From: Microbotryum violaceum
Lineage: Eukaryota
Direction of reading: 5' to 3'
Assembly: GCA_001244265.2 (NCBI GenBank)
Contig: CDLV01000010.1
Location: 1,178,001-1,242,000, forward strand
DNA length: 64,000 nucleotides
The position numbers and the translations under genes were made by a program. The notes beneath the pieces are model-generated. The model had not been told where the DNA came from. It made no database searches and worked only from the letters and a program-made list of their open reading frames with translations. Below are positions 48,684 to 62,074 of the stretch, one piece after another (the stretch's first letter is position 1; each line of letters starts with the position of its first letter).

Positions 48684-51035
48684 TCAGATTCGCCTGGCAC
48701 TTTTGTGCGCCGATGTCGGAGTACCTCTCGTGACGGAGGAAGCCGCCGCGAGGGCCGAATTGGTGGAGGTACCGAGCTTGAGTGAGCCTTTTGGAGGAGC
48801 GGCGGCGAACGAAAAGGACGATTCTGGAGGAGGTGCTGGTCTGGGGGCTAATGTCGATACAGGTGTAGGCGCAGGGCTAGCGGCGGGCACGGAGGCCGGC
48901 GTTGCAACTTCAGCAGGCGCCGCTGGAGTCGGGGTCGATATGTCCGAGTTACCACTGATTGAGGCCGCCAGCTTCGAGGTAGTCGTACGAGCGGGCGTAT
49001 GTTCGCCAGCAGCGAGCTGTGTGCTAGGCTTTGCCGTCGGGGTCGTCTTCTTGGTCGCCTTCTTGCTGGCCGCCAAGACCTGATGAGGCGCTGCGAACTT
49101 CGAAGTCGACGCGGCGGGGATGTTCTTGATGACCGAAGCGATCTTGGCCGCGGGAGGAGCCATGGATTTCCCATTCGTACCCGATGTATGCAGCGGTTGT
49201 GTTTTGCCACCACTGGCCGGGGCCTTGCGTTTCGAGGGGACGGTGACACTGGCAGCTGCATTCCCGTTGACAGCCGGTTTGACGGCGGCGGCGACCTTGC
49301 TCTCATCGGGCGTTGGGGTACTAGAAGCGGAGGAGGCGAGGGCAGAGCCGAGAATGAAGGGGGTATACACAGGAAGAGGGATCAAGGTTGGGGATCCGGG
49401 CGGGGTCGTAGAGGCCGGAACGCCAACCGGGGCAGGCGAGCCGGCGGCAGCTTTGGCCGCCGAGGATTTACGTTTTCTCGGGGCCTTGACCTCCGAAACC
49501 GCTCTTGTAAGGTTGAACTTGCGGGGTGCAGCGATGCCAATGTCGCGAGAGTTCTCGGGGTTGATGCGAGCGTAGATGAGACGATGCGGCGAGTCGGGCT
49601 GTTCCCCGTTCCACCATTCGTCGAGCACCCCACCCTTCTTGAAAGTCTCATGGTACCCAAAGCCGAACCCGATGCCCAGACGCCCGATAGCGGTGAGCAG
49701 ACTATCGGTGTCCGTGTTGGGCTCCTTGTCGACCTTGTCGAGCACGTCGCGCATTTTTTCGCAGAACCGTTGGGCGCGGATGACGCGAGCTTTGCTCGAA
49801 GCGGGGATGTTGTAATTGATGCGACGGGTCGCGATGACGCTCGGCCAGGGCCAATGAGCTGGCGGCGAGCCAGGTGGAGTCGTCGACCGTTTGAAGCGGG
49901 GAATCCAGCCTGCGGGAGGCCATGGTGGAGGTGTACCTTCCGGTGTCGTCGAGCGAACCGGTGCGCTCGGGACTTGGATCGGAGGCGGGGCGACGCGCCG
50001 CTTCTTGGCGGCCGAAGGTCGGTCGGCGTTGACGATGAGACCCATCTTGCGAGGGTCGTAGGGAGGAGGCGAGCCCTCGGGGGTCGTCGACCTCTTGATA
50101 CCGCTGCCATTCATACTACGTTTGAAGCCTTGGGGACCGACTTCTCGATCCTTTGCCTTGGCCACTGATGCGACAGCAGGCTTGGTCGAGGTCGAGGTCG
50201 AGGTCGAGGTCGAGGCGATTAACTGGGGCGTCGTCGTAGTCAAGGTGGGGGTCGCCGCCCGTTTGACGGGGGTGCTATGAACCGCAGGCGTGTTCGAGCC
50301 GTTTTTCGCAGCGTCGTGGTCACCCTGTTTCCTTGCATAGCGAGGGAACTGGTCGAACTCGTCTTTGGCTCGTTCGCGCTCGGCCGGGGGTAGCTTGTCG
50401 AGAATGTCCTTCACGAGCTTGTGGGGGTTCTCGGCGACGCGCAGGTAGTCGAGCTCGGAAGTGAACCACTGGTCGGCGTCGTTCGCATCTGTTGGCAGCA
50501 ATGAAGGCAGAGAAATCTATGTCAGCCTCGGTCGGCTGGAAGAAAGAGAGCGGTCTGCATGGGCGGGGCGCGGCGCGCGCGAGAGGAGGCCCGGGCGTGT
50601 CTTTTGAGAGCGCGCGCGCACGCCGAGGATTTAGAGGTCGAGCTCGATGCCGCCCGCCCGCAGTGGGAGCAAGGGGGAAGCAGGATATGGGGAACAGGGA
50701 ACGCGGGCGCGCTCGAGGCCGGCAAAGCACAAGAATGGGAACACCAAGGGCACAAGCGAGTCATGGCACGAAGCATACTCACGTGGGCGACGGCCATAAC
50801 AATCGGCACAACGACGCTTGGCGAACTTGCACTCGAGGCAGACGACCCCGCCGCGGATCTGCCAGCACACGTCGATGTCGTTGTCGCGACAGTAGACGCA
50901 GCGCTCCTCATCCGCTCGCGGCGTGACTTCGCTCGCGAGCAGGTTCGTCTTCTCCGGAGTGGACCAGTACGTGGTCCAGAACGACCCCTGATGCGGGAAC
51001 GGTCGTGGTGCCTGCAACTCGACCTCGTCCTGCAT
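48684..51035 (-). CDS. Hypothetical protein with an N-terminal Zn2Cys6-like cluster and a long disordered C-terminus
   Basis: Exon 1 has CVYC-x7-C-x8-CLEC-x6-C; intron ~50490-50782; then a 605-codon open exon. Confidence 0.65.
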
Positions 51036-51899
51036 CGTAGTGAGCGTGGGTGGTGGGTCGACCGGGGGAGAGGGTGGTGGGTGGGTGGTATGGGCGTGCT
51101 GGGTGTGGGCGTAAGCGCTACGAGCGTAAGCGCGCTGAGCGTGAGCAAGGTGCGGCGACGGCGGCAGGCGACGGCGGCGAGAACGGCCGGGGGTTCAATA
51201 GGGTTCAATTCGTCGTAGTAGGACGACGAGGGCAGCGGGCGATACAAACACAATCCCGACGGTCGAAGGGGTGCAGCGACACTTGCAATTTCGCGTCGTG
51301 TCGAGTTAGTGCACACTCGACAGGCTCGATCGATGAGAGAGAAGAACCGCGGAAGGGTCGCCACCAACGAGGAGGACAGAGGCTGAGCCACGGGGCGCTG
51401 CTGAAGCGCTGAAGCGAGCAGAGCCTGAGGCTTCGACTGAGCGGGCAAGGAGCTTAGAATCGGCTCACCACGCCGCGCCTTCACGAGGCCACGCGCGCCT
51501 CGGGCCCGACTGCGAGCTGGAGCATACTCTGCAGCTCTGCAGTCCAGGGCTGAAGCCGAGCAATCGAAGTCGGAACAAACGACACTTTAATAACATCACC
51601 AGTGGCGCAGCGTGATCATCCTTGTCTGAAAACAACAACAATAAGATTAGGAGTTTTGGTCGTGGCTGCCGACGTGACCAAAAAAGTTGGAACCCCTCGC
51701 CGATCGAGACTGCGGCCCTAGTATAGTAAGAGTGAGACTTGGCTAGGTTGCGTTTTGCCCAATGCCCGACCCTCACAGGCCTCACCTGCCCGAAGGCGCG
51801 AGTGCCGGCGAGGGCCAGCAGTGCCGGTGCCCGGGCTGGTGCTCCCTCACACGCGCTTGCGCTTCCGTCCTCTCATCGACCATCCTGGAGCCGGTGAAG

Positions 51900-53255
51900 A
51901 TGGACAAACTACAGCCTATCACACGGAACCTGCCCGGGTTCATTCGGGATCCGATCGTCTCGGTCATCGGTGAGGTCAGTACATCATCATGTGCTGTGTA
52001 CGAGCCGCTCTCTACGGGCTCGACTCCCCACCACTTGCCAATTTCCATCTCGAACCCGTGATGCGAATGGCTTGTCTTTCAGTGCGACCATTCCTCTGCT
52101 TCCAGGCACGATGCATGGTGTGTCTGAGACATTTTCAACGTCTGCTTTCTATGATGTCCCCTTCCCCCGAAACTCTCAGGTCGAGGGGTCTCAGAGGGAC
52201 TCGTCTCGTGGAGCAAAAGCTGTGGTCGATCCGGACTCAATGACATCGATCTAATCACTACTTCGCGTGGAAACACCTCCCTACCCCACATGCAATCCAA
52301 CTCGGTACAGGACTGCTTCACTACCCTGATCTACAATACGGATCTGGGTGACCGCCGTTGCATCCAGTACTCCATCTCAAAGGCGCTCGGCCTCGCGATC
52401 GTCCTCGGCGGCAGCATCGTCAAGTTGCCTCAGATCATCAAGATCATCAACGCTCGCTCAGCGAGGGGCGTTTCCCTCGCGAGCTACTTGCTCGATACAT
52501 CGTCGACCGCCATCGTCGTCGTCAGTCCATTCCCCGCTCGGAATTTGCTGTCCAGACCTCGAACGCGCGCACGTGTGTACTGACTTTTGAGGACCCCCTC
52601 TTAGGCCTATAACGTCCGCAATTCGTTCCCTTGGTCAACGTACGGCGAAAACATCTTCCTCTTGGCGCAAAACGTCGTCATCATTGGCCTGATTGTGCTC
52701 TACTCGACCGAAGCGACCGCTCCTTTGCTCCTCCTTCTCTCGGCCCTCGGCCTCATGCTTGCCTACGTTCTCTCGTCCCGTGACCTCCTCCCCTTACCTC
52801 ACCTCTCCCTCCTCCTCTCCGCTTCAATCCCCTTGACGCTCTCGTCCAAGGTTCCCCAAATCCTCGAGATCCAGAAGAATCGTTCGACGGGACAGCTCTC
52901 GGGCTTCTTGGTCGCTTCCCAAGTACTAGGCTGCCTCGCACGGGTCTTCACGACCTTGACCGAGACGGGCGATCGGGTCCTCTGGTGGGGGTTTTTCCTG
53001 ACGACTTTGATGAACGCCATGATCGCCGTACAAATGTGGGTTTACTGGGACAACAGCAAGACCGACTCGGTCGACCATGGCAAGAGAGCGTACAAGCATA
53101 AGGTCTCGGGCGAGTTAAAACCCAAGGTCAAGAGCTCGCCAAAACCTGCGCCGTTCGCTTCGAACAGTGGCGACTCGATGGATGCGTTGCCCCGAAAAGC
53201 ATTCGGGTCAAGTCCATCGAGTGTTCGAAAGTACGTTCGCAAGCTTGACGGATAG
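51900..53255 (+). CDS. MPDU1/Lec35 PQ-loop protein, multi-exon
   Basis: SKALGLAIVLGGSIVKLPQIIKI, FPWSTYGENIFL, SKVPQI...STGQLS, GCLARVFTT. Confidence 0.88.
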
Positions 53256-53828
53256 TTCGGCGCAGAACAGATCGGGTTTGGTGACCGCGGGTCGTGAAAT
53301 ATTATGTTGATCCAATCTCTCGTTGTCGTTTCAAAACGTTTGGTTTCTTGGACTTTCTTTGCATAAAAGACAGCGCTGCTAATGTTTGGAATACTACATC
53401 CATGTTTTCAGGACGACTGACGCTCGAAGCATGAGCTCAGATATCGGTCGCGGTAAAGACCACACCAGCCCCAACGGGGTCATGGCCCGCAATGCCAAAC
53501 CTCGAATGGACAATGGGGTTTGGTTACAAGCAAACAGGGGTGGGGTAGACTATAGTAACGTCAAAGACCGAAGCAAATTATGGGGCGTGCATGCAAAGAA
53601 TATACAGAAGGGGGTCAGGAAGAAAAGCAAGCATAGTGCGAACTGGTGGTGACATACAGATCATACAAGGGGCTGAAAGTAACAAAGCAGTACACCATAG
53701 ACAGGCGGTCACAGCTAGTTTTGTGGGAAGGGAATGGGGGCCGGAATGGGGGGGGAGGGACCAAACGATATCGGTGTTATTAGACAGGTGAGGTGAAGGG
53801 GTGAGATTCGTGTGCATCGGTCGCTTGT

Positions 53829-56800
53829 TCAAGCGGCGGAGATGCTCCATGAACCAGAGGGTAAGTCTCCGCTCCACGAGAACGTAGAAGGTACGTCATT
53901 GAGCAAGGTATCATAGTCGAAGGCGCCGATGGCTCTAGCGCTCGACGTGCCGAGGGAGCCTGGCTTGACGACATAAGGCGCGGCTGGATCAGCCTTGGAT
54001 TGAGCCGCGGCGAGCATGGCAGAATACGTCCCGTTGTCTCTCATCGAAGGGGTGTCGGGGTTCTCGTCGTCAGAAGGTGGGGAAGGCTTGTTCTTGTTGG
54101 CCGTTCGAGGCGTTGGGGCGCCAGCAGACAGCTCCGGGGTTTGAGCGGGAAAGCCGTCCTCCTCGTCGTCGAGGTCGAAACCAGCCGCGGTGGTATCAAT
54201 GTAGGAGCCGAAGTCGAACGCCTCAGCGATGGGGGCAATCATGGACATCGTGGATCCGGGGCCTGCTCGGGGTAGCATCGTCGAGAAGGGACCTGCCCCG
54301 ACGGTGGTCGAGGACGTGGAAGGTATGGAGAATGAGGCAACCGAGTTCGTAAAGAATAACCGGCCTGCGGCCTCGACGGACTGAGCGGCAGGGAGCACAG
54401 GGTTGAAATCGAACGGCAGGTGGCTCGTTACATCCCTAGCGAGACTCTGCATCGTCGCCGACGAGGCTCCCACGAGCGTCGAGGTGGGAACGACGTTGCT
54501 TCCAGAGGGTGTCGAAGGCACAGCCGGAGCTACACCCAGACTCGACAGATCACCTCGCAAGGTCCGTTGGATGAAGGCATCGGGATCGTTGTCGATTTCA
54601 TCGGTCTCACGCTTGCGTTTGAGCGCCAGGGTATCTTCCTCGACGACGACGGGCAATATCGAAATCCCAGCACTCGGTGTGGCGACGGTCGTGTGCAACG
54701 CCAGAGGGCTCGGCGAGTCGACGGCGAGGCCTCGCCCAGGGCTTGGTGCAGTCGTGCTACCCGAGTCTTTGCGAGCTCGACCGCGTTTCCCTCGAGCTCC
54801 TCGAACGATCGCAGCGTCCTTGGGCGGCGAGTCGGCCTCCGTCATCGGGGTTTTGGGCGAGGCTGTGTCGAGGCGGCCAGGTGTCGTGGAGGTTTGGGGC
54901 GATGCGGCATTGCCTCCACCGGAAACTTTCCGGCTACGCTTCAGTGGTGGCGGTTTGAGATCCTCCACACGTAGTGCAGCATTCTTTTGCGCCATGGCCG
55001 AAAACTGGTCTTTCACAGGTGCGGTGACGGTGGCAGCAGCAGCGGCGCTCGAGGTGGGAGCAGGGGCGGACGTGGGTACCGGCGCCATTGCAGGTGCATT
55101 CGAGGGCGGCGCTGCGGACGTCGATGCGATCGAAGCGGATGCAGAGGCTTCACGGGCCGGAAGAGGTAGGGAAGTAGGAGGACGAGCACGATGGTTTTGC
55201 TTGACATACGTCCCGACTCGGGTGAACAAGTCACGGATCTGCTCGAGCGCACGCATGTCGAGGGCGAATTGCGACATCTGGAGATACTTGATGTGCTCTC
55301 CGAACACCATTGTGGATGAGATCACCTTTTTGACGACCTCTTGCTGACCTGACATGGCGAGGAACAAGGGCAAGACTTCATAGATCTGTTTGACCAAGGG
55401 CACGAGGGCATGGGAGGCCTGGGCAACTCGGACGCGTTCCTCGGCGACGATATCAATCGTTCTAGTGGCTTGCCGTTGAGCAGCCTGGTACATGGCTCGA
55501 GCCTGTTGAACTGCCGACCGTGCCGCACCAATCTGGTCCGGCGTCGGGTCGGTGTTGATGGTCGGCTTGTTGGGATTGCCGGACCCCAAGTTTGAGCTCG
55601 ATCGATTCGTCGCTGACGGTGGGCCCATGCTCGTCGGTAAAGTGGGAGCGGCTGCGCTGGGGCCTGCGTTCGAGGGTGTCGATGAAGAGGCCGCACCTGC
55701 GTTCTGCACGATCACCATCGCTGCAGCGGCAGCTTGCGCCTGTTGCTGCTGCTGCTGCTCCTGCGCACGCACGTATTCGAGGTGAGCCGGGCCGAGGCCG
55801 AAGGCCATTAGTTGCTGCTGCGAGAGGCCTGCAAGAGAGTTGGCTGGAGGCATCATTCCAGGTTGACTGTTGAGCATCCCCGGCCATGATGTTTGTTGGG
55901 CCTGTTGCTGAGCGCGCATGGCCGCTGCAGCAGCCGCGAGCTGCACGTTGGCCTGTGTCGATGCCTCCTCGGTCTTTCCCCCCGCGACGGTTTCCCCGGG
56001 CTTGGCGTTATTCTGACTGCTGAGCAGACGTTGTTTGAGTATGCTTTGCGTCCATAGCTGCCACAAAGAGGCAGTAGATATTTAAAGGCCGAGTCAGTTC
56101 TACGGTTCCTGGCTGAGCTTGATCTGTTCCCGGGACTACGCATGTACTCACCTCCTCGAAGGGCGTCAATAATTGATGATACGTCTTGGCGAGTGCAAGC
56201 GACGTTCTCGCAACGTCCGCCGACTGATCAATAGGTTGGCTCGCATCAACTTCAAACCCGAGCTGCTTCGCAATCAAATGCCACGCAGAGGCCACGTTGA
56301 CGTTTTGTCCGCCGCCCTGCATCGCGACGGCTTGGTAGAGCGCGTACAAGTCGATCTCGCGGCCTTCAACGAAGGGTGTTCCCGCGATCGGTTGGCCACG
56401 TTGCCGGTGGATGTCGAACAGAGTACGCATGAAAGTCCCGGCATCCAAAGTCATCGAGAGCGCCGAAGGCCCTGTCGAGGCGGGCCTTGGTTGAGCCTGC
56501 GCGGCGACAGCGGCCGCTGCTGCCGGAGTCGGGGTGGCTCCTGTCATGGGGAGTTGACCATAGTTGGTGAAAGGGGACGAGTTCGGCAGAGTCGATGCAG
56601 CGGCTGAGTTGACGCCCCCTCGCGACCCATTCTGCATCATCTGCGCTTGCAGTGCGGCAGCAGCAGCTGGGTTCGGAGGATTGAATGTTAAAGTGCTGGG
56701 GTTGGCTTGCGCCGGGGCACCAGTGGCGGCGGGTTGTTGCTGCATCTGCTGTTGCTGCTGTTGCTGTTGCTCGCGTTGCTTTTGCGCGTTTTGAAGATGC

Positions 56801-58427
56801 TGAAGGGCAACAATCTGATTCTTTTGCGCTTGCGCTTGCATCTGAGCCCGTTGTGCCGCCGCTCTTTGTTGCGTCTGCTCCGCGATGTGGGACTGGATGA
56901 CGTAGGGAGCCGAGATGTCAGCTGTCTCGCCTACGACGCGAAAAAACGTACAGAGCAGATATTGGACCAAAAAAGCTTACCTGCCAGTCGTTCTGGATAC
57001 GATGAACGGTGTGCTGGTTCTGGAACGCGATGATTCGCTCGGACATGATTTGGAAGGAGCGCCTGCGAAGCGGGACAATTTACCTGGAGTTTAGTCCCTG
57101 GTGCCTCATAGTTCGAAGCAAAAAGATGTCCACAAGATGGATTCGGAATACGAGCTCACCGATTCTCGTTCAGTTCCTTCTCGACCTTGACCCTGTCCTC
57201 CGCAGAGATGGCCTTTTGGTTCGCCCCATCCCCGCCCGTGGTGATGTAGCCGGTTGACAGTGCGTTCGTGAGTAGCTGCACCTTGTTCTGCATCGCCCTC
57301 GCCGCATTGACTTGCACAAAGTACGGTTGCAGCACGGTAAATGGAATTCGCCCTTGTGCATCAACAGAGACGGAAGGCTGCGTCGCACCTGGCCCCGTAG
57401 TCGTTGTGGAGGTCGACGCAGCCAGGGCTGTGCTCACGGGCGGGTTCGACTGGCCAAACAGCTGGCCGTTTGGCATCTGGCTCGCGCCGATGTTGTTGCT
57501 GTTGTTGCCGAGGAGGCCGGTCGGCGGGGCTGCGACGCCTGGTTGTGGAGGCAGCTGCCGCATCTGGCCCGGAATACCCCCGAGGTTGGGAGAGGTCGAG
57601 CCGCGAGCTTGATGATTTGCCTGGAACGCTTGTATCTGTGTCGCCAGTGACTGGAACTGCTCAGCCGTCTGCAGGAATGGCAGCCAAGGAATGAGTCAGC
57701 AACCGTGAATGCAGAACAAGGTGATGTCCAGAGATGGTCAGGGGTTGCTCCGGCCCGGGATGGTGCCTCAGGGCCGTTAACAGGAGACACCGCGGATTCG
57801 GCGTCGGCAGCTAGCGGCGTGCCGACAGCCAGGGGGACCGGTGGGGGGCCGGCGTGATGCCGAGGTGAAAGTGGGAAAACGGAAGAAGGCGGGAAAAGCT
57901 CGACTGACCAATTGATTGGTTCGCAACATCTCGGAAATCGAGTTGGAGTTGAAACCACCAGCCGCACCCAGAGCTGCGTGCTGTTGAGCTTGAGCGACCT
58001 GCTGTGCCTGTGCCTGAGCCTGGGCTTGCGCCTGAGCCTGTGCCTGAGCTTGTTGCGACGCGGCGAGGAAGTGCTGCTGTTGCTGCTGCTGGATCGACTG
58101 CAGCTGCTGGGCGTTCTGCAAATTGCGCAACATGGCCTGAATCTGAGGTGTGTTGTGAGGGTGGTTGTTGCTGATGGCGTTGTTGGGGTTGCCAGCTGCC
58201 GATTGAGCGTTCGCTTGTGCACCCGTCGGCTGCTGGCTCAGTTGCGCCATGTGCGCCGCGCGGTACTGCTGCAATTGTGCCGCCGTGAGAGCGCCACCAG
58301 CTGCGGGGTTGCCAGTCGCGACGCCGACCGTGCCCTGTGACGCGGCGCCGAGCTGGTTGAGGAACGCGAACGGGGAAGACTGGGCGGCATTCCCATTGCC
58401 CGCGGTATTGTTGGGGTCGTACGACAT
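53829..58427 (-). CDS. Q/A-rich ARID-domain protein with a Med15/Gal11-like region, multi-exon
   Basis: ARID: PFVEGREIDLYALYQAVAMQGG...WHLIAKQLGF...YHQLLTPFEE; polyQ/QA tracts; helical block followed by LKPPPLKRSRK. Confidence 0.7.
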
Positions 58428-59532
58428 GGATCCGCCGCCGACGACGACGAGTGTTGCAACCGACGACCTTCTTCTGCCCTGCGCGCTGCTGGCTCGCTCG
58501 TTGCCTACCTACCCCGGTCGCGAGTCGTCCCAGGGAGGAGAGGGGCACGTAAGCGTGGGGTTACTGTGCTGTGCTTGGATGCACTGACGAATCGCACGGT
58601 GGAGGTGTTGGCAATCTCGTGCGTAGGGTGGGGCAACCTAGATCCGTGACCGAACACCGTTTGCTCTGGGAAGGCCCTGCTGCAGTGCGGCTGACTCGGT
58701 GGACTGGGTGGTGGTGGTCACGGGGTTGGCGCGGGGCGACAGACGACTGGGCGGTACGGACGACGATCAAACGACTCGAGGTGTTTATGTCGGTCTGCTA
58801 CAGGACGAGGTTGCGTCCTGTTTGCAAACCCTGGTACGGTGAAAGCCGAGGGCGAGAGAGAAAAGGGAGAGGGGTCGACGTCGACCGACACGAAACTGCA
58901 AAGCCAGTAGAGAGGTGCGACAAGCCGGTTCGCGTCCACCAGAAGATCCCTGCTGCCGCCAGCGAACCTGTCCGGCCCCAGGCGAGAAGCCCCCTGAAGT
59001 CCCCCTGAGGCCCTCGGCGGGCGACGGGCGGTCTGAGTCAGGCACTGGGGAAACTTGGCAGTCGCGACTTGAGTCCCATCGTTCGGGCCCCGGGGTGCCA
59101 TTGCGGAGTCCTGTGACTGACAGCTGGAACACCACACTTCGTTGCAGTATAATTGTGCAGCCTCCAAGTCGTTACGCATCCCGTTGAGTGGGCTAAACCC
59201 AATCGAAAGTCGAGATCTGTCCCCCAGCTACAGGCGACTCATTATTATCGCCTCGATGTATGCGAAGCAAGCCCCACAACAGCGCGGAGCGCACCACCGG
59301 TCCGGGCGCTCTCATTCCGAAAACCCGCAAGGTTCGGAAAAGGCTCGGCTTTTGCCACCTGCTTGGTACTTACTAGAGTTCAAATCAAGTCTGGCAGAGA
59401 GCACCTCTGGTCCGTAATGTCTGCAGCTCTTTCATACGCTTTCTGTCACCTATAAATCAGCGAAAAATTTGCCTGACCGCCGGCGGCCGCTCTTTCTTGA
59501 TCGAGCGACCGTCGTCATCGCTCGCTTGACGT

Positions 59533-61825
59533 ATGTGCCCTTCGCCGGCGGGACCAGTCACGCCTCGATCAGCAATAAACGACGTGCAAAAGGACGAATT
59601 GTTGGCTCTAGAGGTGGGTCATATACCGTGTCGAATCTCGCTTCTGGTCCTTCGCTTTCTCAAGCTCGCACCATGAACACCGAGCTCAGAGCTGACTCAT
59701 CGTCCTTCACGATGCGATCTCTATTCTGTCTTCGACGGGCGAGCCCTGGTGCAGTCCATCTTTCCGGACTGCATGACCTGGACAAGGGAGGCGGATAAAG
59801 TGCATGTCGCCATCAAAGTTCACGTCGACCTGGGCCAGGATCGCCAGGTGCACGTATGGGACCTTGCGCAACCCCCAGCAGAGGCCGTACCCGAATCCAC
59901 GATGACCTTGTCGACAGCTCCACCTCGAGCTGTTCCGACGACTCTTCCTGTCGCTTCGTCGTCTGAACCGACATATGTGGCTCACAACGAAGGTACAAAA
60001 CCCAAACAGCGAGATCGGGGCCTGCGCGGCAAGATACCACCCACTCACCTTAAGTTATCGTCTCGAGATACACCCGTACCTTCGGCCACGAACGCCCAAC
60101 GTTCAGAGCCTTTCATCATGTCACTCAGAAAGAATGAAAACGGAACGACAATATGCACAGCTCCCGTTTCCACGCGTCGTGCCCAGATCGAGCCTAAAAC
60201 AGTCCCCTCTGAGCCATCGCCAGAAGCGAGACCCGCTCATGCCGCCGAACGAAGCCCGGATGAACCCCGCATCCTCGAGCTCAGATATCTTCCCCCGATC
60301 GAGATGTTGGTCATCTTATCTGGAATGTATCCCCGTGAACGCGGCCCCGACTCCATCAAGATTATCGACCGTGCACAATGGCTTCCCGAGGACTGCTTGA
60401 ATACCCTGACAGCGAAGCTCAACGATGGTCAGTGCATTCAGGATTCATCGCAGTTTGGCGCCAGCTCCGCTTATTTCTTCGTCTTTCGGCTTGATTTTGC
60501 TAGTCTGGTCCGGCGACGAATGCTTATGGGCGATGCTCGATCTTATCAGAACGACTCACTAGTTGAAATTCTCCCACTTCAATTTCCAGTTGTGCTCAAG
60601 CAACGACCTCGGCGTTCCTTTTCCGACATCGAGCCGTTATCAACTATACTCTCCTCTCATGATCTGGCACAACGAACCTCCACTTTCTCGTTGACGACGT
60701 ACACCTGCTCGCTCTGCTTGACTTCGTTCAAGGGCACGCGATGCGTGCGGCTCGCCGCCTGTTCGGATGTCTTTTGTCTGCAGTGCCTCAAGGACTTTTT
60801 TACGCTTATGATCACGGAAGGAATGGTCCGCTCGGTCTATTGCCCCGGGGCAGAATGTATCACTGCCAGGGTCAAGTGGGAGCGAGAGCATCGGGACGAG
60901 GAGGAAGGTCGACCGGGCAAGATTGGCAAGGAGGAGCTCAGGGCGATCGTGGGCGACGTATTAGTGGGAAGGTACGAGTGGCTACTCCAGAAGCAGACTC
61001 TGGAAAGTGGTGAGTCGGCGCGCGTGGCCAGCAATTGAAGGTTGTCGGAAACCGGATCAAATCCGATTCATCTTCCCAAATACAGATCCTTCCGTGTCGT
61101 ACTGTCCTCGATGTGAAGCAGGGGTGCTCAAAACCGACGACGATGAGAAACTGCGCATTTGCAAGTCTTTCCCCACCTCGGTCACGAGACCCTTGCTCGA
61201 GTTTCCGACTTAAAATTTATTCCACTCACATCCAGGCTCCTCATGTGAATACCCTTATTGTGTATTTTTCCGTCGAGTGTGGCACGGTACACGTAATCCT
61301 TGTGCACTGCCCCAAAGCTCCGCCATCGTCACCCAATTCCTCTCAGGCTCGCCTTCGACTCAGGCGGCACTGGAACACCGCTACGGTAAAGCCAACATCC
61401 GCCACCTAGTCGCCGTCTTTGAAGAAGAACGCTTGAATCGCGAATGGATGGACAAGATGACGGTGAAGTGTCCCGGGTGCGACGCAGGGGTCGAAAAATC
61501 CCAAGGCTGCAACCACATGCAATGCTCGCGGTGCTCGTCGCACTTTTGCTTTCGCTGTGGCAAATCACTTTCGGCAATCGATCCGTGTGTACCCGGATTC
61601 GATCTCTCTTCTTCCACCGTAAGCTCATTCTCAACTCTTCTGTGAACACTCAGATACAAGCATTTTTCGACACCAGGGTCGCCGTGCTACCAGAAGCTGT
61701 TCGATTTCGTGGCTGAACCGGCGAACGGGATGCTCATAATCGACCAGGCAGAAAGAGATGAGGATGTGGCCGTCGCGTTGCAGCAGGAAATTTGGCACGA
61801 ACAAGGGTGGAACCCGTTTGAGTAG
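59533..61825 (+). CDS. RWD + RING-IBR-RING E3 ubiquitin ligase (Itt1/RNF14-like)
   Basis: QKDELLALE|SIFPD, LPPI...YP; RING1 CSLC...CLQC...CP; IBR; RING2 CPGC..VEKSQGCNHMQC..C..HFCFRC. Confidence 0.88.
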
Positions 61826-62074
61826 AGCCCGATTGTACATTGGGAGAGCTTAGCGATCCGAATGGAAGTTGTAGATGGGGATAGAACGCGGTTGCATCGG
61901 ACAGGAGCGGCAATTGTAAACCAGCGAGAGAATGTGCGCAGATGACATTGCATAGCACCCTGGCCCAGAAGCAAGAGAAAGAAGGAAAATGATGACATAA
62001 ACAATGACAAGGTGTTCGAACAGGTAGGGGTACTAGCACGGGAGCGCAAATTCTGACGCCTGCAGCGAGATTGC

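Noticed and set aside
48999-55347. Long antisense ORFs (48999-50168, 54403-55347 and similar)
   Set aside because: Shadows of real GC-rich genes on the opposite strand, with no recognisable motifs.
58900-59130. SRP-RNA-like stems (CAGG...AGCA) on the minus strand
   Set aside because: No GNRA-capped helix 8, no Alu UGUAA motif and no T-run terminator; consistent with chance GC-rich pairing.
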